Shown piece by piece: positions 1 to 8,950 of a stretch of 64,000 bases of DNA (the first letter of the stretch is position 1; each line of letters begins with the position of its first letter). Source of the stretch: an uncultured Sulfitobacter sp. (GTDB lineage Bacteria; Pseudomonadota; Alphaproteobacteria; Rhodobacterales; Rhodobacteraceae). The notes beneath the pieces are model-generated. The model made no database searches and had not been told where the DNA came from. It saw only the letters and a list, made by a program, of their open reading frames with translations. The position numbers and the translations under genes are program-made. The DNA lies in the NCBI GenBank assembly GCA_947501805.1, contig CANMXJ010000009.1, positions 8,330-72,329 of the forward strand, written 5' to 3'.

Positions 1-2
1 GG

Positions 3-581
3 GCATACGGGATTCCCGGCGCTGTTGAGGACTTACCGACGGATGCACTGCGGGCGATTTTTGAGGCGAATTTTTTTGGCTGGCACACATTAAGCCGCGC
101 AATTATCCCTGTGATGCGCGCCCAAGGGCATGGTCGGATTGTGCAATGTTCATCGGTTCTTGGCCTTGTTACGATGCCATGGCGAGGCGCATATAATTCC
201 ACGAAATTCGCGCTTGAAGGGTTGACCGACACCATGCGGATCGAAATGCGTGGCACCGGCATTCACATCTGCCTGATTGAACCCGGACCGATCACCTCCA
301 AGATCCGCGCCAATTCGATCCCGCATTTCGAACGCTGGATTGATTGGGAAAGCTCTGCGCGTGCGCAGCAGTACCGCCAAAAGCTGATCAAACGTCTATA
401 CGAATCTTCCGGCCCGGACACTTTTGAATTGCCACCTTCTGCTGTCACAAAACGCCTGATTCACGCTGTTGAAAGCCTGCGCCCCCGACCGCGATATTAC
501 GTCACAGTCCCCACGTATTTCTCTGGCATCATGCGACGCATCCTGCCCACACGTGCTCTTGATTGGATACTCAGCCGTTAA
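3..581 (+). CDS. Short-chain dehydrogenase/reductase (SDR), 5' truncated by window edge
   Basis: Frame is open from base 3 (AYGIPGAVEDLP...); SSVLG and YNSTK (YxxxK) catalytic motifs. Confidence 0.9.
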   Translation, partial: AYGIPGAVEDLPTDALRAIFEANFFGWHTLSRAIIPVMRAQGHGRIVQCSSVLGLVTMPWRGAYNSTKFALEGLTDTMRIEMRGTGIHICLIEPGPITSKIRANSIPHFERWIDWESSARAQQYRQKLIKRLYESSGPDTFELPPSAVTKRLIHAVESLRPRPRYYVTVPTYFSGIMRRILPTRALDWILSR

Positions 582-640
582 CGGCACTTGCGCTCTGCGC
601 AACTCCGGCTACATCAGGCCGGATAGACAAAGGAAAACCG

Positions 641-847
641 ATGGCTGACGAACCGCTTTTCATTGCAATTCTCTTGGCCATTGCGGCTGTTGTGATCATC
701 CTGATGATGGGTTTGGGCGGTTTTGCAGGTGGCGGTGCCTTTAACAAAAAAAACTCCAACAAGCTGATGCGCTACCGGATACTGGCCCAATTTATCGCCG
801 TATTGCTGATCGTTGGGCTGGTCTGGATGCGAGGGGGAACAAACTGA
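641..847 (+). CDS. Twin-transmembrane-helix small protein (HIG1 family)
   Basis: Two hydrophobic helices around NKLMRYRILAQ; AGGA RBS before ATG 641; usual position before pduO. Confidence 0.8.
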   Translation: MADEPLFIAILLAIAAVVIILMMGLGGFAGGGAFNKKNSNKLMRYRILAQFIAVLLIVGLVWMRGGTN

Positions 848-1437
848 TGGTCGTTCTGAACAAAATTTACACGCGCACGGGTGACGCCGGCACAACCGCA
901 CTTGGCAATGGCACGCGCGTTGCGAAATATGATGCGCGGGTCGAAGCCTATGGCACATCGGACGAGTTGAACTGCTTTGTCGGTGTTGCGCGACTGGAGG
1001 CGACAGGTGAAATGGATGAAGCGTTGTCGCGTATCCAGAATGACTTGTTCGATCTGGGCGCGGACCTGTGCCGCCCTGATATGACCGCGGACAAAGACGC
1101 CGAATATCCACCATTGCGGATGGTGATGGCGCAAGTCGAACGTCTGGAAGCCGAAGTGGATGAGATGATTGGCAACGACGAGGATGAGCCAAAGCTCGCG
1201 CCCTTGCGCAGTTTTATCCTACCCGGTGGCAGCGCCTTGGCAGCGCATTTGCATGTGTGTCGCACAGTGGCGCGCCGCGCCGAACGGCTGGCGGTGCTGC
1301 TGGCCAGTGACGAGGATATCAACGAGGCGGCGGTAAAATACCTGAACCGCCTCAGCGATTGGTTCTTTGTCGCCGCACGCGTGGCCAACAATGGCGGCAA
1401 AGATGACGTACTGTGGGTTCCGGGCGCGAACCGCTGA
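847..1437 (+). CDS. pduO: PduO-type cob(I)alamin adenosyltransferase
   Basis: N-terminal KIYTRTGDAGTT; RTVARRAER and YLNRLSDWFF motifs. Confidence 0.93.
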   Translation: MVVLNKIYTRTGDAGTTALGNGTRVAKYDARVEAYGTSDELNCFVGVARLEATGEMDEALSRIQNDLFDLGADLCRPDMTADKDAEYPPLRMVMAQVERLEAEVDEMIGNDEDEPKLAPLRSFILPGGSALAAHLHVCRTVARRAERLAVLLASDEDINEAAVKYLNRLSDWFFVAARVANNGGKDDVLWVPGANR

Positions 1438-1441
1438 TCTG

Positions 1442-2188
1442 ATGGCAGATTCGTTCGAGAGTATCTTTCGGGACGCGTATGAAGTTTTTGCGACATCAAC
1501 GCCCGAAAGCCTGAACGTCTGCACGCGGGCGGGTTGTTGCATGCCCCGTGAAACGGAACGCGAGATGCTGACACGTCCCCGCGCCGAGATCACCCAAGCA
1601 CATTTATCCAGTTGGCTGTCAGCGGCGTTCAAATCAAAGCCGTTTCCGCACAAGGTTTGTGTCTATCTTGCGCCCTGTCTGATGGAACTTGCTGTGCAAG
1701 ACGATATATCCATAGAATATGAGCTGATCTTCGAACGACTCCGTCTTGGAGACACCTCACTCTGGAGCGATGCGCAGAACGATGTGATTCGTCGCTATCA
1801 CATTCACTATTTCGAACACTTTCGTAAAAGCACGGGGCCAGACCCCGCCCTTGATGATGTGCTGTGCATGTTCACTCTCACGCGGTTTGCGCCACGCACA
1901 AGTCTGAAACAGGTTGATGCGTGGCCTATCGAAGATCTCATCAATCGCCTTTGGATTGACAGTAACGGCACCGCCATGTGGCAATCTGTCTGGTGGGACT
2001 TCCCCGATGAAGAGGCCGCCGCCACAGCAGCCCACGAAGAGGTGCTTGCATGGTATAATGCACCGCGACTGAAGGCACGGATCGACAGATATTTCGAAAC
2101 CGGTGATCCTCAAAGCGCATTCTACAAACGCGCCTCAGCCGTGCGAACGGTTCTCTCTCGCAAGATACCATGCGGCTTTTATGACTAA
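1442..2188 (+). CDS. Hypothetical protein (248 aa)
   Basis: Long ORF starting 4 nt after the pduO stop; no family recognised; CxxxxCC near N-terminus. Confidence 0.7.
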   Translation: MADSFESIFRDAYEVFATSTPESLNVCTRAGCCMPRETEREMLTRPRAEITQAHLSSWLSAAFKSKPFPHKVCVYLAPCLMELAVQDDISIEYELIFERLRLGDTSLWSDAQNDVIRRYHIHYFEHFRKSTGPDPALDDVLCMFTLTRFAPRTSLKQVDAWPIEDLINRLWIDSNGTAMWQSVWWDFPDEEAAATAAHEEVLAWYNAPRLKARIDRYFETGDPQSAFYKRASAVRTVLSRKIPCGFYD

Positions 2189-2326
2189 TTTTCACGCAAC
2201 GCGGCGTCCTTAGTGCCGCATATGACGATTTTGCCCTGTTTCGCTGGGACCCGTTTCGTTAAACCTTGCGCTAAGAAATGAATCGCTTGCCCAAAAGGCG
2301 GGCAGAAACCAAGGAGAGTAACGCCC

Positions 2327-3085
2327 ATGAAGGTGCTTGTACCTGTCAAACGCGTGATCGACTACAACGTGAAAGTGCGCGTCAAAGCGGACGGATCGGG
2401 TGTTGATCTTGCCAATGTAAAAATGTCAATGAACCCCTTCGACGAGATTTCCGTCGAACAGGCGATCCGGCTGAAAGAAGCGGGTCAGGCGGATGAAATC
2501 GTCGTTGTTTCTATCGGTGTAAAGCAAGCGCAGGAAACTCTGCGCACCGCTTTGGCCATGGGCGCCGACCGTGCGATTCTCGTGATTGCCTCCGAAGATG
2601 TGCACCACGATATTGAGCCGCTGGCCGTTGCAAAGATCCTAAAGGGTATTGTTGACGAAGAGCAGCCAGGGCTGGTGCTTTGTGGCAAGCAGGCAATTGA
2701 CAATGACATGAACGCAACCGGCCAGATGTTGTCTGCGTTGATGGGTTGGTCACAGGCGACGTTCGCTTCCGACATCGAAATTGCAGGCGACAAAGCAAAA
2801 GTCACACGCGAAGTGGACGGCGGTTTGCAGACCATCGAAGTCACCATGCCAACGGTTGTTACTGTTGATTTGCGCCTGAACGAACCACGCTATGCGTCCC
2901 TGCCCAACATCATGAAGGCCAAGAAAAAGCCGCTGGAAGAAAAAACACCGGCTGATTACGGCGTTGATGTCACCAACCGTCTGGAGATCGTAAAAACGGT
3001 TGAGCCAGCGGAGCGTGCAGCAGGCATTAAAGTCGCCTCAGTTGAAGAATTGGTCGAGAAACTTAAAGAAGCGGGGGCTGTGTAA
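2327..3085 (+). CDS. etfB: Electron transfer flavoprotein beta subunit
   Basis: [45 protein letters not shown]; AAGGAG RBS. Confidence 0.97.
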   Translation: MKVLVPVKRVIDYNVKVRVKADGSGVDLANVKMSMNPFDEISVEQAIRLKEAGQADEIVVVSIGVKQAQETLRTALAMGADRAILVIASEDVHHDIEPLAVAKILKGIVDEEQPGLVLCGKQAIDNDMNATGQMLSALMGWSQATFASDIEIAGDKAKVTREVDGGLQTIEVTMPTVVTVDLRLNEPRYASLPNIMKAKKKPLEEKTPADYGVDVTNRLEIVKTVEPAERAAGIKVASVEELVEKLKEAGAV

Positions 3086-4012
3086 ATGGCTGTTCTACTC
3101 CTTGCAGAAATTACAGACGGCGAATTGTCGATGGATGCCACGGCCAAGGCCGTGACTGCCGCAAAGACGCTGGGTGATGTAACGGTTCTGGCTTGTGGCG
3201 GCACCGCTGCTGCGGCTGGCGAAGCAGCATCAAAGATTGATGGCGTGTCCAAAGTACTGGTAGCCGAGGATGCGTCCTTGGGCCACCGTCTGGCCGAGGC
3301 GACTGCTGCGCTGATCGTGTCATTGGCTGGTGATTACGAACATATCGTTGCCCCCGCCACAACAGACGCGAAAAACGTCATGCCACGGGTTGCCGCATTG
3401 CTGGACGTGCAGATTATCTCTGACGCTTCCGGCGTTGTGGATGGCAGCACGTTCGAGCGTCCGATTTATGCGGGCAATGCGGTTCAGACAGTCAAATCCA
3501 GCGATGCCAAGAAGGTGATCACGTTCCGTGGTGCGTCCTTTGATGCGGCTGGTGAGGGTGGTTCCGCTTCTGTCGAAACCATAGGTGCGGTTGCCGATCC
3601 TGGCCTGTCCTCATGGGTCGAAGACAAGGTCGCAGCCTCTGATCGTCCAGAACTGACATCTGCGGGTGTGGTTGTGTCCGGTGGCCGCGGCGTTGGTTCT
3701 GAAGACGACTTTGCCTTGATCGAAAAGCTGGCTGACAAACTGGGTGCCGCTGTTGGCGCGTCCCGCGCTGCGGTGGACAGTGGCTTTGCCCCGAATGACT
3801 GGCAAGTTGGTCAGACAGGCAAGGTTGTGGCCCCTGATCTTTATGTCGCTGTTGGTATTTCAGGTGCGATCCAGCATCTTGCCGGCATGAAGGACAGCAA
3901 GATCATCGTTGCAATCAACAAAGACGAAGAAGCGCCGATCTTTCAGGTGGCTGATTACGGTCTGGTTGCGGATCTTTTTGAAGCCGTGCCTGCACTTATC
4001 GACCAACTGTAA
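3086..4012 (+). CDS. etfA: Electron transfer flavoprotein alpha subunit
   Basis: FAD-binding motifs [28 protein letters not shown]. Confidence 0.97.
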   Translation: MAVLLLAEITDGELSMDATAKAVTAAKTLGDVTVLACGGTAAAAGEAASKIDGVSKVLVAEDASLGHRLAEATAALIVSLAGDYEHIVAPATTDAKNVMPRVAALLDVQIISDASGVVDGSTFERPIYAGNAVQTVKSSDAKKVITFRGASFDAAGEGGSASVETIGAVADPGLSSWVEDKVAASDRPELTSAGVVVSGGRGVGSEDDFALIEKLADKLGAAVGASRAAVDSGFAPNDWQVGQTGKVVAPDLYVAVGISGAIQHLAGMKDSKIIVAINKDEEAPIFQVADYGLVADLFEAVPALIDQL

Positions 4013-4034
4013 AGCCTGACGAATTAAGTTTGGT

Positions 4035-4066
4035 CAAAAGGCCCGCCATATCTGGCGGGCCTTTTG
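4035..4066. terminator. Bidirectional intrinsic terminator between etfA and the convergent DUF6473-like gene
   Basis: Perfect hairpin CAAAAGGCCCGCCA-tatc-TGGCGGGCCTTTTG with A/T tails. Confidence 0.85.
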
Positions 4067-4068
4067 CG

Positions 4069-4902
4069 TTATTGGATGCCTTTTATCACCTCAAGCAAAG
4101 CTGCAGCGGCTTCCTCGTGTGCCTTTGGTCCCAGCATGGCGGAAGCCGCCATCACATCCATCTCGTCAAAGGTCATACCCTGTGTGCCCGCAGCCTGTGC
4201 ATCGGCCGAGGCCACAACTTCGACGACTTGCGTACAGTGTTGCGATATCTCGTTGATCATATCACGTGTGACAAAAAGAGGATCGCTGCCGATTGCTGCT
4301 GGATCATCGCCACTCTGGTCTTCGGGCGCACGATCAGAGAACCAGAGCAAAACTGATTTCCCGTTGATCCGCTTGAACATCAGGCGCATACGCGCAACCC
4401 AAGCGTCCTGAAGTTCTTGCAGAACCGTTCGAAACCGGTCTGGCGACACTTCCATCAGACGTTGCAACATATGTTTGTTGAAATGAAACTCGGAAAAATC
4501 CACCTCGCGGTAAATGGCGCGTAACAACGTAGATGTCGTTACAAAGCGATCATTGCGGCGCGGATGTACCGCGTAGAACCGATTAGTCATATTCTGCGCG
4601 CCCATCACCTGCACAACAGTGACCTGCGCCGCTGACGCGGCTCCAATAACAAATGGATCTGACGAAAAGGCGTCAATCCCTGCATTAATCTGGCCGAAGT
4701 TGGCGCAGGGCTTGCCCACCTCTTGCTCAACAAGCGCCGGAAAAGGCGTCTCGATGTATTTACCATAGGTTTCTGTGGCACCGATGAAAGCCAGATACGG
4801 CCGGGTCAGATCCCGCCGTGGCCCCCTGAACATCAATTTTGACGTACCATAACGGCACGGTAGATAGTCGAGGGGCCCTGGCCCCAATACGTCATAGGTC
4901 AT
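4069..4902 (-). CDS. DUF6473-like Rhodobacteraceae conserved protein
   Basis: N-terminus LDYLPCRYGTSKLMFRGPRR and GATETYGK..PFP recalled from this family; ATG at 4902 (GTG at 4911 is an alternative). Confidence 0.7.
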   Translation of the reverse strand: MTYDVLGPGPLDYLPCRYGTSKLMFRGPRRDLTRPYLAFIGATETYGKYIETPFPALVEQEVGKPCANFGQINAGIDAFSSDPFVIGAASAAQVTVVQVMGAQNMTNRFYAVHPRRNDRFVTTSTLLRAIYREVDFSEFHFNKHMLQRLMEVSPDRFRTVLQELQDAWVARMRLMFKRINGKSVLLWFSDRAPEDQSGDDPAAIGSDPLFVTRDMINEISQHCTQVVEVVASADAQAAGTQGMTFDEMDVMAASAMLGPKAHEEAAAALLEVIKGIQ

Positions 4903-5061
4903 CTCACCCACCTGATTTTAAACTCACCCAGGCACCAACATGACGGGCGGGAATTGCAAATGTGTTAAGGGGTGAAATTGTGGTTTACGCGGTCTAAACG
5001 CTGCCCTTGCAGCCCGCCCCTTCAACACCCTATTGTACCCCAAATCTTGAAAGGATCAGGC

Positions 5062-5937
5062 ATGGACATCCAGACAATCGGCATCGTAGGCGCAGGACAA
5101 ATGGGCAACGGCATTGCCCATGTAATGGCCTTGGCAGGTTATGATGTATTGCTGACTGATGTAAGCGCAGAAGCTCTGCAGAAAGCGGTTGAGATCGTCG
5201 ACGGCAACATGGGACGGCAAGTCGGGCGCGGTAAAATCACCGAGGCCGAGATGGTTGCAGCCATGGGGCGAATCAAAACGACAACGACGTTGACCGACTT
5301 GGGACCAAGTGACTTGATCATCGAAGCTGCGACAGAACGCGAAACGATCAAAAACGCAATTTTCGAAGACCTACTGCCCCATATCAAGCCGGATACGATT
5401 CTGACGTCCAATACATCGTCAATCTCGATCACACGTTTGGCCAGCCGCACCGACCGGCCTGAAAAGTTCATGGGATTTCATTTCATGAATCCGGTGCCCG
5501 TAATGCAATTGGTCGAACTCATTCGCGGGATCGCCACAGACGAAGAAACCTTCAACGCCTGCAAGGCGGTGGTAGACAAGTTAGGCAAGACCGCAGCTTC
5601 GGCCGAGGATTTCCCCGCATTTATCGTAAACCGCATTCTGATGCCGATGATCAACGAGGCTGTGTACACCTTGTACGAAGGCGTCGGGAGCGTGAAATCA
5701 ATCGACAGTTCCTTGAAGCTCGGTGCAAACCATCCGATGGGCCCCCTTGAACTGGCAGACTTCATCGGATTGGATACCTGTCTGGCCATCATGAACGTAC
5801 TGCATGACGGGTTGGCGGATACGAAATACCGTCCTTGTCCGTTACTAACGAAATATGTAGAGGCCGGATGGTTGGGCCGCAAATCACAACGCGGGTTCTA
5901 TGATTACCGCAGTGGTGAAGCAATTCCGACGCGGTGA
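5062..5937 (+). CDS. hbd: 3-hydroxybutyryl-CoA dehydrogenase
   Basis: GAGQMGNGIA Rossmann motif, SNTSS, HFMNPVP, HPMGPL. Confidence 0.95.
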   Translation: MDIQTIGIVGAGQMGNGIAHVMALAGYDVLLTDVSAEALQKAVEIVDGNMGRQVGRGKITEAEMVAAMGRIKTTTTLTDLGPSDLIIEAATERETIKNAIFEDLLPHIKPDTILTSNTSSISITRLASRTDRPEKFMGFHFMNPVPVMQLVELIRGIATDEETFNACKAVVDKLGKTAASAEDFPAFIVNRILMPMINEAVYTLYEGVGSVKSIDSSLKLGANHPMGPLELADFIGLDTCLAIMNVLHDGLADTKYRPCPLLTKYVEAGWLGRKSQRGFYDYRSGEAIPTR

Positions 5938-6005
5938 TCTACACCGCGAGCCACTGCGCAGGTTGATGGTACGGACGATATTTAGGGCCAAAAAGAAAGG
6001 CAGAG

Positions 6006-6890
6006 TTAGTCTTTTAGCCCAAGGGTATGTGCACGCAGCCACGCCATGAAACCGCGAGGATCATCCGACCGCTCATCAATTTCGGACTGCGGGATCGGAT
6101 GACCAACAATTGGGCCTTGAGGCTTGTTGCAGGAGTGAACGATCTCGTGCAGCAACAAGCCCTGACGCAGCATCGGGCTGATTTTATTGGCAATCTGATA
6201 GGCACGACTGTTCTGGCCCGGGAATTTCATTGGAACAACGGTTGCCCCTGAGCGACGGATCATCTTGGCTGTGAAAACGTTCCACTCCGCCTCGACCGCT
6301 TCTCCCCAGAACGTTTCGGATGTTGCAACCACACCGGACGGAAAGAGCGCAACCACGCCGCCGGCCTTAAGATGCGCCATTGCCTTGGCGCGCATCTCTA
6401 CACCTTTGCGCTGTGCATCGGGGTCATGGGGAAATGGCACCGGAATCATAAAACTGCCCGCAACCTCGTCGATAGAGGTGAGTAAAGAGCGTGTGAGAAT
6501 ACGGTAATCGGGGCGTACACGGCCGATCAGATCCGCAAAAATCATCCCATCCACCATGCCATGTGGATGGTTCGCAACCACCACCACCGGCCCTTCTTTG
6601 GGGATGCGATCCAATTGCTCTTGCGGGGTTGTCAGGTCGATTCCCATGGTATCCAGCGCGCCGCGCCAGAATGCCTGGCCCGTCGGTGCGCCCGATCGTT
6701 CGAATTTGCGCACAAGACGCAAAATCGTGAGCTTGCCAGTCAGCATTTCAATCACGCTGATGACGCGTGCTTTCCATGGATCTTTAAACGTAGAGGCATA
6801 TGACAAACTGGCGCGGTCATATTTCACCGGCGCGTCTTCGTTGCCCGAAGCCGCGTTTGATCCCGTCATAGAATGAACATCATCGACCAA
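6006..6890 (-). CDS. Lysophospholipid acyltransferase family protein (PlsC-like)
   Basis: VVVANHPHG (HxxxxD region) and LFPSG motifs; start uncertain (TTG 6890 or ATG 6869). Confidence 0.8.
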   Translation of the reverse strand: MVDDVHSMTGSNAASGNEDAPVKYDRASLSYASTFKDPWKARVISVIEMLTGKLTILRLVRKFERSGAPTGQAFWRGALDTMGIDLTTPQEQLDRIPKEGPVVVVANHPHGMVDGMIFADLIGRVRPDYRILTRSLLTSIDEVAGSFMIPVPFPHDPDAQRKGVEMRAKAMAHLKAGGVVALFPSGVVATSETFWGEAVEAEWNVFTAKMIRRSGATVVPMKFPGQNSRAYQIANKISPMLRQGLLLHEIVHSCNKPQGPIVGHPIPQSEIDERSDDPRGFMAWLRAHTLGLKD

Positions 6891-6922
6891 GAAGATCCCC
6901 TTTTCAGGTCCGCTTGCAGGCG

Positions 6923-7192
6923 TCAGTAACCTTCGCCAAACTTGTCCGCAATCAATGCGGTCAGCGCCTCTGCCAGTGGACCTGCGTCCGGGCCTGAGGT
7001 TTGCACGTCAATAATGCTTCCCCGCGCTGCTGCCAACATCAAAAGTCCCATGATGCTGTCACCTGATGCAGACATACCATCCTTGCTGACTTCGGCGCGC
7101 GCATCAAAAGCTTCAACAACTTCGACAAGCTTTGCCGAAGCCCGCGCATGCAGTCCTTTTTGGTTTACAATTTCTAGGGATATCTGGGTCAT
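6923..7192 (-). CDS. ptsH: HPr/NPr phosphocarrier
   Basis: GLHARAS (His15) and SIMGLLML (Ser46) motifs. Confidence 0.95.
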   Translation of the reverse strand: MTQISLEIVNQKGLHARASAKLVEVVEAFDARAEVSKDGMSASGDSIMGLLMLAAARGSIIDVQTSGPDAGPLAEALTALIADKFGEGY

Positions 7193-7202
7193 TGTTGGGC
7201 CT

Positions 7203-7595
7203 TTAACTGACGCTAACATTCTGGCTATCAATATATTTCTTACCTGCTTCCAAAGCAGCGCGCACGGCGTCCGGCACCTCCATCTGGCGGGACTTTGCAA
7301 GTTTGATTAACATCGGCAGGTTTGCACCGTAAATGATCCGACGGTTTTCAGGCTGGCAGGCCCGCAACGAAAGGTTGGACGGCGAGCCCCCGAAAAGGTC
7401 GGTTACAATTACCACGCCTGCCCCCTGATCGACTGCATCTGCGGCGCTGCAAATCTCGTCTTGCTTGGCGTCACGGTCATGGTCGGCATCAATCGCAATT
7501 GCGCTCATCCCGATTTGTGATCCCACGACATGCTCAATCGCCGCGAGGTATTCCCGCGCCAATCCACCATGTGCAACAATCACTATGCCGATCAC
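7203..7595 (-). CDS. manX: PTS EIIA, mannose/fructose family
   Basis: IVIVAHG, TDLFGGSPSN, GANLPML. Confidence 0.92.
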   Translation of the reverse strand: MIGIVIVAHGGLAREYLAAIEHVVGSQIGMSAIAIDADHDRDAKQDEICSAADAVDQGAGVVIVTDLFGGSPSNLSLRACQPENRRIIYGANLPMLIKLAKSRQMEVPDAVRAALEAGKKYIDSQNVSVS

Positions 7596-8509
7596 TGTGT
7601 ATCTCGTCCTTCATGCTGGCGATCTAGCTCGCGGTGCCTAATTGACACTTGCCAACCGTCTTGTGCAAGACGCAATGCATGTTGTTCTGCCAACGTCACC
7701 GAACGGTGTTGGCCACCTGTGCATCCGAAGGCAATCGAAATGTTGGATTTCCCCTCTTCACGGAATGCCGGTAAAAGCAGCTGGCTGAGTGCCAGAACCT
7801 GATCTGCAAAGGCCGTGAAACGTGGGTCATCGCCGACGTAAGCAGCGACGCGAGGGTCAGTACCATTGGCATCCCTTAAGGTCGGATCCCAATGGGGATT
7901 GCGTAAAAAACGGCAGTCAAAGACCATGTCAACAGAACGCGGCAGCCCACGTTTATAGGAAAACGATTGCACCGATACGCTGAGATGGCGCTGCCCTTCA
8001 GGGGCGAACCATTGTTCAACCTCGGCGCGCAATTCGTGGATGTTCAGGTTCGACGTGTCGATCAATACGTCTGCACGCAACCGGATTGGCCGCAACAAGG
8101 CCTGTTCACGCTCAATCCCGGCCGCTGGCGAGCTTCCCTCTGCCAAAGGGTGCCTGCGGCGCGTTTCGGAAAACCGGCGCAAAAGGACATCAGGCGCACA
8201 ATCAAGGTACAGAAGTTCCACGCCCAGAGTCGGGCGCGCACCAAATTGCGTCAACAATTCCAGAAACCCATCTGTCGAAAAGTCGCGCGTACGTGCATCA
8301 ATGCCAAGCGCGATCGGGCGGTCATCGCCACTTTTGTCCAACAAGGCTGGGAGCAATCCCAAGGGCAAGTTGTCTATTGCTTCAAAGCCTGCGTCCTCAA
8401 GTACATCAAGTGCCGAAGAGCGCCCGGCACCGGACGCCCCTGTTACGAGGACAAGACGCCGCTTCTGTGACAGGACATCGGGGTCCAGCAAAGGAGACTC
8501 AGTAATCAT
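7592..8509 (-). CDS. rapZ: RapZ/YvcJ P-loop protein
   Basis: GASGAGRS, DNLP, ETRRRHPL, SFSYKRG, DCRFLRNP, GCTGGQHRSV; ATG 8509 overlaps the hprK stop. Confidence 0.93.
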   Translation of the reverse strand: MITESPLLDPDVLSQKRRLVLVTGASGAGRSSALDVLEDAGFEAIDNLPLGLLPALLDKSGDDRPIALGIDARTRDFSTDGFLELLTQFGARPTLGVELLYLDCAPDVLLRRFSETRRRHPLAEGSSPAAGIEREQALLRPIRLRADVLIDTSNLNIHELRAEVEQWFAPEGQRHLSVSVQSFSYKRGLPRSVDMVFDCRFLRNPHWDPTLRDANGTDPRVAAYVGDDPRFTAFADQVLALSQLLLPAFREEGKSNISIAFGCTGGQHRSVTLAEQHALRLAQDGWQVSIRHRELDRQHEGRDTQ

Positions 8510-8943
8510 TGATGTACACCTATCCCACCTTTGAGCCAAAGCAAGATAGCTGGTGCAAAATGTGAGCCTTCCGTGCGCCAGAGGCAAGGCAGTGTGATAC
8601 CCAGCAAGTCAAGAGAATGCGGGTCTGGCAATCGCTTGGTTTCTTCTTTGTCCAAATTGACGACAAGGCCAATCGGCGTCGGCCCGGCAGGGGAAAGGCG
8701 CAGCAATCCCACGCCCCGCGCTTCTATCAGGCCTTCAATCGTTTTTGGTGCCCGACCAAAAACGAGTCCGTCTTGTTCGTTAATAATGGTCCGATCATCA
8801 GACACAAGGGCAGCACCAAGGGAAATCAGATGCAATGCCAACGAGGATTTGCCGGTTCCGGAGGCCCCAAGGATCAAAGCACCGCGTCCATCAACACAAA
8901 CTGTAGTTGCATGAATGATGTTTGGTGCGTCAGACGTATTCAT
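8506..8943 (-). CDS. hprK: Short alphaproteobacterial HPr kinase/phosphorylase
   Basis: IHATTV, GASGTGKS Walker A, LVSDDRT, GLIEARGVG. Confidence 0.9.
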   Translation of the reverse strand: MNTSDAPNIIHATTVCVDGRGALILGASGTGKSSLALHLISLGAALVSDDRTIINEQDGLVFGRAPKTIEGLIEARGVGLLRLSPAGPTPIGLVVNLDKEETKRLPDPHSLDLLGITLPCLWRTEGSHFAPAILLWLKGGIGVHQ

Positions 8944-8950
8944 CAGCCGT

